In this document: one piece after another, positions 16,750 to 64,000 of the stretch
Layout of the letters: each line of letters begins with the position of its first letter
Position numbering within the stretch: position 1 is the stretch's first letter
Assembly: GCF_009914755.1 (NCBI RefSeq)
Contig: NC_060938.1
DNA length: 64,000 nucleotides
Direction: 5' to 3' (one strand)
DNA from: the human T2T-CHM13v2.0 reference genome, Homo sapiens
The notes under the pieces: model-generated
What the model saw: the letters and a program-made list of their open reading frames with translations, nothing else
Databases searched by the model: none
Told to the model about the DNA's origin: nothing
Position numbers and translations under genes: made by a program

Positions 16750-17031
16750 GGCTCCTACACCCCTCTCCCGCCACCGCGAGCCGCTCCTAGCCCAGTGACA
16801 GCCTCTGCGGGCCCCGCCCACGCCCCGCGCACGCCACGGAGCCACGCCCACTGATTTAGCATACCGCCAGGCCCCGCCCACACCTCTCACACCGCCTCGG
16901 CTGCGCCCAGCCTCTTTCCTCACCCGGTGCCAAGCCAGCTGTTTACTTTCCCGCCATGTCCAGCTCTTCGTGAGGAGAACTGGATGATTTCCTGAGATCT
17001 GAGGCTTTCTGGAATCACAGCGGCCAAGCGG
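16750..17031 (+). promoter_or_regulatory. RNF212B: CpG-rich promoter and probable non-coding first exon of RNF212B
   Basis: Only non-repeat CpG-rich patch upstream of the ATG exon. GC boxes GCCCCGCCCA at 16811 and 16871, TTTCCCGCC at 16947, candidate donor CGG|gtaggg at 17031/17032. Confidence 0.7.
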
Positions 17032-17397
17032 GTAGGGAGTGTAGCCAGAAAAAGAACTGAGAAGCTTGAGACGGCTGAGGCCCCATCGCCTCTGGAAAGC
17101 AGGGGAATTTTGCCCTCAGGGTCGCCTTAATCACCCTGTTCACTGCCTTTTTTATGTTGGGCTCATCTGGTCAATTCAGGGGATGACATTGTTGCTGCCC
17201 TTAAACAAACCTGGGCATATAGAACGGGGCCTTTTCAGTGGTTTTTTTAGACTCACTTGCTGGTGAAAGTTAGTGTATCACGATCGAACAAATAGGACAA
17301 CGAAGCTCGTGGCACTGTGGGATGCGTTTGCGTTGAGCTGTTTATTCAGTACATTTTTTATCGTAAATCTTACGAAGTTTGTATCCCTCAGCGGTTA

Positions 17398-18892
<1,495 letters not shown>

Positions 18893-19319
18893 AGGATTGT
18901 ATTTTCTAATTACAAACTGGCACATGTATTAATCCAGAAAACCTGGGGGAAAAAAAAGTAAAGGAAAACACACACACACACACACACACACTCATAACCT
19001 CACCACTCAAAAAAAAAAAAATCTCACCACTGTCTGTCCATTACTTTTCTAAATGTGTGTTTATATGTATATATATATATACACACACACATTTATATAT
19101 AAAATGTTATAACAACCTGCTGTTATAAAAAGCAGTCTGCTTTTTTTTCACTGTATATGTACATATACTTCTTTACAACCAATTGGAATACCCACAATGA
19201 TATGCCACATCCCAAAAAGCTATCAGAAGCTAAGCAAGCACGGTTACATAGATTTTGGAACAGCTATAATTATGTTATTCTCTAGGTTATTCTTACTCTT
19301 TCTCTTTATCTGCTCCAGA

Positions 19320-51870
<32,551 letters not shown>

Positions 51871-52426
51871 ATCATCTTCAAGATCTGATCTATACATGCT
51901 GCTGAAGGATGGACTGTAGCTTCCAGTACGCATTAGGGGTGATGGCCCTGGAAAATGTATCCCTGCATTGTTTCCTAGTTTCACTCTGTACCTTATGCTC
52001 CCCCCATCTTTACCCTATTCACCCTTATCACCTCCCAGGACAGTGGTCAGGTCTTACAAAAGGCTAGTGCTTCAGGAAGATGTTTATATCTCTTCCAGAA
52101 GACATTGGTAGCTCCCCTCATTTCCTACAATTTGGAACAAAGGTCAAAAAAATAATTCTTGGCATCATGCTTGGTTGGGAGTTGGGAATGGGGATTGTGA
52201 TGGATCATATACTCATCACTGTTTCATTTCTGGATTTCATTTTTAGCTTTGGATATACTGTCCCATTGCCAATGTTAACGAGCAATATCTCTGTTCTTTT
52301 CCTTATTATACTTTTTTATTTGTCTATTATTTCCTCTATGCTTAGTTACTATTAAATGTTAATTTTCCTTTCTATTGAAAACAACTGTTGGAGACACTGA
52401 TTTTCAGCTTAGTATATAGATAGTAA

Positions 52427-52432
52427 AATAAA
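52427..52432 (+). terminator. Candidate RNF212B polyadenylation signal AATAAA
   Basis: First canonical AATAAA after the stop codon; a weaker ATTAAA lies at 52351. Confidence 0.6.
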
Positions 52433-53604
52433 GACGATGCCCTTTTATTGCTACAATTCTATCACTTTTACAAGCTCTAGAATGGTGGAATGGGCGAACA
52501 ACACTATCACTGAGATCAAACATGTATTCTACTTTGGGTTTTAAAAGGCAGAAATGACGAATTAAATAGGTTAGCCACTCACAAGCTGGCCTTAAGCAAA
52601 AATACTGGAAAAACAGAAAATAGCAGGCATCTGCCAGAAATAAATTAGGTCTTGGGAATGATCTTGTATCTGAACTAGGATCCCCATACCCTTTCTGGTA
52701 CTCTGAATTTATTTTAAAGGCATTTCTAGATACCTTCTCTTTTAGGCAAGGGCCTGTCCTGTAGCAAATGGAGTTACCTCCAAGACTGTTGTATCTCTGT
52801 TACTCCTGAAGCCTCAGAAATTTTAGTCATTATCATTTGATGGCTGAGAAACAACCTGGCTGGCGATAGATGCTGAACTACTTCCTTTTTACAGTTTTTG
52901 TTCTTTTAATTTACCTCAATAAGTCCTGCCCCTCCAAACAATAAGTTAAAAGTATGCTGAGTTAGAATGTTAATGGATTTGGTTCCATTAATCCCTAAAC
53001 CATAGGAGTGGCAAAGTGGTTGAGAGAGAAACAATTTTATTTTTGGCCTTTTTATTATTATTCTAGCATTTTAGGGCTTCCACTCTTTTATTTTTAGATG
53101 GTTAACTCATTGATGATACCTATTTGCCATATAGCTGATCCCAACTGATGAAAACCATTCTAAAACATCAATAATTAATTCACTTAAAGACGATGGTCCC
53201 TCTGTCCCTAAGACAGATCCTATCAAGAGAGGGAAAAGTCTCTTTTCTGGAAACAAATTGACAGCAAAAAGATGAAAAATTAGTCTCTGTCAAGCTGGAC
53301 AGGAGGTAGTTAACAGGTTTGTAAAACCAAACCTGAAACCTACCTTCACTGCCCTTCAACAAGGAGAAACTATTCCCTCTCTTTCACCCCTTTGTAACAC
53401 AATTCTACTGTTTAAAAGGACATCTTCCCTAATTACCACCTCCAATAAATATCCATTCTAAATTATTCTCCACCCAATTATTAAAGTTTTTTACAAGCTC
53501 GGTGGGGGAAGATTTTCCCTGAGACAAACAATGAACAGAGTGAGGATTTTGGAAAGATAGAAAAAGCTACAAGGCAAAGTGGTCACAGCATAAGAACTGA
53601 AAAT

Positions 53605-53896
<292 letters not shown>

Positions 53897-54553
53897 AAGA
53901 ACTGAAAAATTCTGCCACCTGTGATTTAGTCATGAAGCGGGTGAAACATAGTCAAGTTGGTATGAGGAAAAGGAAATATTAATATTTGTGATGAGACTGG
54001 GACTTATTGAGAATCTTGGTTGTCTAGGAAATGATCAGTTACTAAGAAAAAAGTAAGAGAGTCAGTTGCATTACGCACAGACTTGTGCTCAGAAAAGGGG
54101 TACAAGGCAGCCTTATATTCCAGGTAAGATGGTGGGATTGGGGATGCACTGGAATCATCAATCAAATCAGAATCCTTTACTCCTCCTTTCCAATCCTCCT
54201 GGAGAGGTGGTGCCAACATCTGGCCTCTGTATAGTACACCAAGGGAAAAAAACAGCAGACACGAGGAGAGCAAGAGCAGCTTCCCAGCCCATGGTTTCCC
54301 CAGATCCTTAGCACTCCCTACCCTAAGGTTAGAGGGTTGGATTTCTGCTGATCCAATCCCAGCCTTACTTAGTGCCCTATGGTCATTCTCCCTGGTCCAC
54401 CCTCACTATATCCCCCTGCCACCCACCCTGAAGAACACAAAGCTTTTTAGTTCTCTGCCACAAGGTAATTTTAAAAATGTGGTTTCTTTGTTTAAACAGT
54501 TACTAAGTTGGTTCATCTTTCAGTAACAGACCTCCCCTCCCCCAGCTCCCCAC

Positions 54554-56163
54554 TCAGTCTTGTATGATCACATCATCATCATCATCATCATCTTCCTCCT
54601 CCTCCTCCTCCTCTTCCTCATCATCTTCTGGCAGTTCTTCCTCCTCCTCTTCCTCTTCTTCATCTAGACAAACTACCACCTCAGCTGGCTGAGGTAATCG
54701 AGAGTCAAACCAATCCAGCACCTGCTGGGTGCTAAGCCTTGATGCCTGACTCAATTGAGGGATATCAGTTTCCCGTAGCTGTTGGTGGGCTGCCCAGTAC
54801 CTCTCCAAGGGTTGTATATCCGGTGGGGGTGGAGGGATCGGCAGAGGTGGTGTCTCAGCCCTTTCGTTCAAGGAGCGGGTTGATGGTGGTGGTGTAGGAA
54901 TTGCTGGGTCTTGGAAACTAGGGGCACCAGGTACTGCGTTGTCCCGAAACCACTTTAGTTGCCCATGCTTCAAGGCATAGCGTGTGTCACCAAACCACTG
55001 AATGATCTCAGGCCGAGGTAAACCAGTGATCTGTTCTAACTTTTGGTAATCCTCACGCCGTGCCCACTGGCACTGTAAAAAAAAGGATTTAAGGATAGCC
55101 AGCTGCTCTTTGGTTTTGCGCTTGGTCTTTCGCTGGCGTTGCATATCTGGGGAAAGGTACTCTGTGGGGCCAACTCTACCTGGTACTGAGTTATGCCGTA
55201 GCCCTTGGGGCCAGGCTGGTTCCAGATGTGGGGGTAATGCCTGTTCACTGGGTGACACTGACTGTGGGACACAGCCTAGTGGCTGGAGGGGTTTAGAGGT
55301 GGCAGTAGCTCCATTAGCCAGTACCTGGAAAGAAGAAGAGGTAGAGGAAGAAGAGGGAGTAACACTAGATGCTGACTCCTCCTTACAACTACTGGCAATT
55401 AATGCAATTGGTGGGGGTTTATCCCGAGCTTGTGGCTGGGGGACGGTTGTGGAGTGGTTCCAGGAAGCAGTACCTATGCCATGTGACTGGTTGGGACCCC
55501 TGCCTGCCTGCTCCTTTGAGAGGCCACTGCTTTGAAGATGTTGCCAAAAATCTGATTGGTAGGGGAATGCTCCACTGCCAGGTGTCATCAGGGACTCCTT
55601 TAATTTCTGGTGACTCTGTGGCAGTGGTGGCATCTGAGAGGGCTCCTCAGGCTCTACCTTCAATCCTTTCGTCTGGGTAGGCTTGCTAAGAGTTGGAGGA
55701 CCTATTCCAATACCAACTTGCTCTGGAGCTGGCACTGGAGGAGGAGGCACCTCCTCTGGGGGCCGTCCCGCATGATGAGTAAAAGAGAGAAGGGATTTGA
55801 AATGGAGTTGGTCCCGACGGTAGACTACTCGGGCTCGAGTCTCTTCTATTTCTTCAGATGACCAGCTAATACCACAGCGGAGGCGCTGGGCCATAAACCA
55901 AGTCTTGACTTTCTCCATCTGCAACCCATAACGTAGGCAGAGAAGGGCAATGTCTGCTAGGCTGGGATAGGGAAAGTAGCTGAAGGTTTTGAGCAGGTGT
56001 TCATTGCTGTCTAGCTCACTGGTCTGGGCTGCTTGCGTCCACACAAGCTGTAGCTCCTCAGAGATTGGAGGGAGGCAGATGAGCCCCGCTGGTGAACTAC
56101 TGAGACCGCTGGCCTCTTTATTAGGAGGCATGGTGCCTTCTGATTTGTGCCCTTCAGAGATAG
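54554..56163 (-). CDS. HOMEZ: Homeobox and leucine zipper protein HOMEZ, large coding exon (the first coding exon is not in this window)
   Basis: 525-aa ORF MPPNKEASG...VIIQD with homeodomain motifs (KVKTWFMAQR, IIQWFGDTRYALK, VLDWFDSRL) and an acidic tail. The frame extends upstream (AISEGHKSEGT) to the acceptor ttattgcag at 56164/56163. Confidence 0.95.
54570..54665 (-). repeat. Coding trinucleotide tracts (GAG/GAA)n and (GAT)n encoding HOMEZ poly-Glu/poly-Asp
   Basis: (cat)n and (cct/ctt)n runs on the + strand. Confidence 0.9.
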
Positions 56164-56448
56164 CTGCAATAAGAAGACAAACAGCTCAATCACTGGGTCT
56201 CCTCTTCTGACACACTGCTCAATTTCTACCAAACTAACTGCTGGACACCAGAACAATTTAATCTGTATTTGTATCATGTTGTATTGCTTTTTAAGTGCCT
56301 CAACAATTTCTTATTTAATTTTCATAAACTTAAGTCATCAGACCCTGCTTTAATTCCCATTTTCTGTGGACCAAAGTCCATAGACGTTAAATTACCCCAA
56401 GCCACATGACTGGTGAGTGTTGTTCCAAGAAAAAAATCTGTCTTTAAA

Positions 56449-57945
<1,497 letters not shown>

Positions 57946-57977
57946 CAGAATTGTTAATAACTATTTTTTTTTTTTGA

Positions 57978-58079
<102 letters not shown>

Positions 58080-58157
58080 TGAGTAGCTGGAATTACAAGC
58101 GTGCACCATGATGCCCAGCTAATTTTTGTACTTTTAGTAGAGACGAAGTTTCACTAT

Positions 58158-58856
<699 letters not shown>

Positions 58857-59637
58857 TGACCCTCCTGCCTCAACCTCCTGAGTAGTTAGAACTACAGGTG
58901 CACAACATTGTTCCTGGCTTGTTACTAACTCTTTGGCTGCTAACAATTTATATTTAGAATGTGGATCAACAGATTGGGAATACAACTGATGAATATCTGG
59001 AAGGTAGGACAGCACTGTCCTCTGCCCAGCCCCCCTTTTTTCTTTCCCTTCTTGGTGGTGGAGTGTTGGGGGAAGGCGACTGACAGTACCTTTAAGCCCT
59101 AAGCCCAAACCTGATAGCTTTATTTTTTCCATCTCTTGGTTGGATGAGAGACATGGGTCAGAGATTGGGGATAAATGAGGCTCACTCCCCTAACCCTTTA
59201 GGTCATGTGAAAATAGAGAGGGGAATGTTTCCTCCTCCAAGTCAGCCTTGGAACAAAGGTTATCCCCTCCCCCAGCCTTTGTCTCTTCCAACAGCTCAGC
59301 TTCTCCCCAGGGAGCCCAGAAAGCTCCCTCAGTCACCAACAGCCCCCTCCACACAGGACAGAAGGTCTCCTGAGCTTATCTTTTCAGCCCAGCTTTCTCC
59401 TCAAGACCAGGTGGACAGGCTCATTATAAATTGTAACCAGCTCCTGCAAGCTACCCAGCAGCACCACTGCTCCCAGGATTATGGGTATGGGGACTGCAGG
59501 AATAGCCTTTGACTGTGCTGCTTTCCTGAAATAACTGCTCAAGTTATTTCCCAGAATATTCTGTTGACAATTTTTAACTCAGCTCCCTGTGTGGGCACTA
59601 GAGACCCTTTAACACATCCATCACCCTTTACTCTTAG

Positions 59638-60060
<423 letters not shown>

Positions 60061-60654
60061 TTCTATCTGTGTTTTTAAGTATTACTCCTGATCTGCTAAG
60101 GACAGGACAGGATTCCTATGTAAATGCTACACGATGAATTGCAAAAATAAACCTCAAGTCCATACATTTAGAGCAATGTGATCGCAGGGATTTTACACCA
60201 TGATTTTTAAAATTCAGAAGCATTTTAATACGTGTCACCATTTCCTTTTAACAAGCAAATCTAACTAACTGAGGCCACGCAGACCCTGAAAGCAATACTG
60301 CTTGAAGAGCCCCTTAAGAGGGTCAATGGAGGCAGCATGGCATGACGGGTAGAAATATGAATTCTTCAATAAGGCCAACCTCTGAGTTTGAATCCCGGTT
60401 CTGCCACTTATCAGCTATGTGATCTCAGGCAAGTTACTTAACTTACATGAGCCTGGTTTCCTCCTATGTAACAAAGTGAAGACAGTGCAGAGAGTACGTA
60501 AGAGTACTACGTGCTAGGTGTTATGCATAGGCAGGGCATAGAGCAAATGTTAGGGGATGGATGTCCGGGGTGAGACAAATTAATGCAACTCCACTTCCTA
60601 GAATGCTGCTTGTCCTCAGGCAGTTATTTAACTTCTCTAAGTCTTAGTTTCTCA

Positions 60655-60838
<184 letters not shown>

Positions 60839-63800
60839 AAAATATTAGCTGGGCATGGTGGCGCAACTGTAGTCCTAGCTACTCGGGAGGCTGAGGTGGG
60901 AGGATTGCTTGAGCCTGGGAGGTGGAGGTTGCAGTGAGTCGAGATTGTGCACTGCACCACAGCCTGGGTGACAGAGACCCTGTCTCAAAAAGAGAAGAAA
61001 AAAGCAAAAAAGCACCTACCCAGCAAGTTTATGACTAAATGAAAAAGTGCACTTGACATTATAACTAGAACAAAGTAAGGGCTCAATAAATAGCAGCTTT
61101 TATCATGACTTCAACTTCATGGAGGTGATTTTGATGTGAAGTAATGCTCCTCCTAGACAATGGGGTAACTGGGACAAAGACTGAATCATTTAACATTCAC
61201 TGTTTTCAATCTATTTTTGCAGAGCCCTAATTCTAGTTAGCGATGAGGAAACCAGTGTATCTGTGATTCTATACTTTTACATTTTGGGGTTTAAATACAA
61301 TTTCAGAATGTATTTGCCACTTAAAAAAATGTATGAAAACCAGTGCTTTAGAACTGCATCCATAATTTGGATCCTTTGTGATCGGTGTGTCAGTTGCCTA
61401 TGTGATAGTTCCACCTTTCGCCTTCCAGGTTCATCCAGGACACAGCTGAAATGGCCTGGGAGGCACTGCTTGCATGGCCAGGTGCTAAACTACCATTTAC
61501 AAATTGTGGCCCACCGAGAACACCACCAAATCCAAGCTGGAGAACACTTTATGATGGCAATGCTTGACGTCTACTTAACCTCATTTGTGTCCTATTATAT
61601 AAAGACACAATAACACTTTAGAGATAAGGAAAATAAAGCATAAGGAACAAAGCAGTCCAGTGTGAGGATGAATACTGCCAGATGGGAATATAAGGCAGGC
61701 ACATTTATAAGTATTAAAAGCTGTAAGGAAGCATTTTACTTTCGTTTAGGTGGCTTGATGTCCTTCACATTCTCGGCATCAGCTTGATATTTCAGTGTAA
61801 CATACAGTACTGCAAACAACATATTTGGTGTACTATATGCATTCAGTTTTCACTTACACAAAACACCAGTTATGGAACACTTCCTGAAACAGAATGGTGG
61901 CTTAAATCAAGGCACAGCTGTATAGCTGGTACTTCCCTGGAAGAATCTGGCTTTGAACTAAGAGAAAACCACAACCAGAATGGCTCATGAGAATTATAAC
62001 AGGTAGGGTAGACCCTATAGTAATCAAAATCATAATAAAGACACTAGAGTATCTTGTGTTCTTGTGTGTCCATTTTGGATTGAGTAGAAAAAGAAGAGAA
62101 TCAAAAGCTGAAGTGAGGAGTCCTAGCGCAGAGGAGGTAGTGGTGGTGGTGGTGGTGAATATCTATTCTGAACAACTTCTAAATTTGTATCCTTATTAAA
62201 TATGCCAGATATGTCCCATTGCTACTTAAAAATCACTAATAAAAATATATGGAGTCATGGCTGGGTGCAGTGGCTCATGCCCGTATTCCCAGCACTTTGG
62301 GAGGCAGGAGGATCACTTGAGCTCAGGAATTCAAGACTAGCCTGGGCAACATAGCGAGACCTCGCCTCTACAAATAAATATATAAATTTTAAAAATTGAA
62401 AAAAAAATTCTCTCTCTCTCTCTGAGACAGTATAACACCCTTCTTTCCCCTTGGGCTTTCCATATCCCTGGACAGATGGAAGACAAGAACGGACTGTCTT
62501 AAACTTCCAGTTTCTGTGTTTACACAGTCCTAGGAAAAAGAGGACTCTAGAACTTTAGGTTTGAACCTAGGCTTATCGTTAAAGTAGGAGACAGTTAAAG
62601 TGGGAGGCGAGGCTGGGTCTAATGGCTCACGCCTGTAGTCCCAGCACTTTGGGAGGCCGAGGCGGGAGGATCACTTGAGGTCAGGAGTTCGAGACCAGCC
62701 TGGCTAACATGGTGAAACCCCGTCTCTACCAAAAATACAAAAATTAGCCGGGCATGGTGGCATGCGCCTGTAGTCCCAGCTACTGGGAAGGCTGAGGCAA
62801 GAGAATCGCTTGAACCTGGGGGGCGGACGTTGCAGTGAGCCAAGATCACGTCACTGTACTCCAGCCTGGGGGACAGAGTGAGACTCTGTCTCAAATAAAT
62901 AAATAAATAAAAGTGGGAGATGAGATATGATCCTTTAGAATTCCCTAAATCTTTATTTAGAGACAATCTGAAGCACTCCTGAAATGTGTTTGGGGATACA
63001 GTTTTAAGGGCCTTAAAGACTTATAGTGATATTCAGCTTATATGCTTCTTAACTTTTTAGTTCATGAACCTCTTTGAGAATCAGACAAAAGTTACAGACC
63101 CTCAGAAAGTTATGACTAACCTTCCCAAAATAAACATTCACACTTACACAATAAACTCAGGGGCTTTAGTTGCTGCCAAGAAGCCAGGTTAAGGCTTACT
63201 GCCTCATATCCTTCCAACTTAACAAAGGCAATAGTGATAATCACTTAAAGATGAACAGTTTGATGTGAATGAACGTAAAGAGTTGATGGAATACTCAAGA
63301 ATTCAAGTGCGTCTAGAAGGGACAAAGTATTTGTGATATTAGTTGGAAAGAGTGGAAGGGAGGGATGCTCAACTGGGCCAGGAGCCTGGCTTAACTGAGC
63401 CACTGGATTACATGACCAATACCCACAGTACACTGGAAACTAAAGGCTAAGTAGGCTGCTACTAGTGCGCCAAAATCATCTGCTTCATTCAGTTGTCCTG
63501 TGTCCTGGGGCCAGTTTTGTGTGATTACAAACCTGCTTATGTCCATATTTTTCAGTGTCTATATAATAATGTAATTAAACCTCATGTTAAACCTATGAAA
63601 AATCACTGCATTAAAAATTGTTTCTTCAGGAATACTGATTTTTAAAAAATTGCTCCTATGAAAACTAAGTCAAATGTTTTGGAGAGACATAACGCAAGGA
63701 AGAGTATGCATTTTAAAAATTGTTGAGTTGGGAGTGAGCAAGACAACTGTAAAAGATTGAGCGGTGGGACTTAATCTCAAAAGTACTCTGCACTCAGAAG

Positions 63801-64000
63801 TGTCTAAATTCATACTTCACTTTAAATAAAGCAAAACGGGAAACCAAAGATGATGAAAGTGCCTGAGTGGCTCTCAGACTGCACACTAGAATTACCTGGG
63901 AAGCTTAAAAACCAGGCCACCCTCCTTCCCATTCAGGTTCAATAGTCTGTACTGGGGTCCAGGCATCCAAAGTTTTTAAAAGTTCTCAGGGTACAGCCAG

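Noticed and set aside
19197-19319. In-frame upstream extension of RNF212B (MICHIPKSY...) in the ORF track
   Set aside because: It runs through the polypyrimidine tract and acceptor (ag at 19317-19318), so it is intronic. RNF212-family proteins begin at the MDW/MANW-like motif.
55110-55861. Plus-strand ORFs antisense to HOMEZ
   Set aside because: Shadow frames of a GC-rich coding exon with no independent support.
59144-59512. 122-aa Pro/Gln-rich ORF in the HOMEZ intron
   Set aside because: No recognisable domain, splice structure or Kozak support; compatible with chance.

Overview
Human (hominid) genomic DNA that I recognise as the RNF212B/HOMEZ locus (14q11.2, identified from memory of the proteins, not from a database search). 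On the + strand I reconstructed the complete RNF212B coding sequence by hand: 14 coding exons from 19320 to 51870, all GT-AG and phase-consistent, 903 nt encoding 300 aa (RING, coiled coil, S/T-P-rich tail). It is preceded by a GC-box/CpG promoter and a probable non-coding first exon near 16.8-17.0 kb. On the - strand the large coding exon of HOMEZ (54554-56163) converges tail-to-tail with RNF212B. The rest is dense in repeats: a long L1PB/L1MA copy, older L1M fragments, a full-length SVA with a 15-bp TSD, Charlie1, several solo LTRs (MER4, MER21, two LTR10, MaLR) and dozens of Alus. There are three retrocopies: RPL39 with an intact ORF, the HMGN2 3'UTR, and U6. Nearly all ORFs in the supplied track are Alu, L1 or SVA artefacts. 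I found no convincing new biological system. The best leads are regulatory or evolutionary details: a stop-introducing TAGTAG tandem acceptor, E2F6/T-box motifs and uORFs at the promoter, back-to-back poly(A) signals, an ORF-intact RPL39 retrocopy, a reused insertion target beside an exon, and AP-1 or p53-like motifs in the LTR10 elements.
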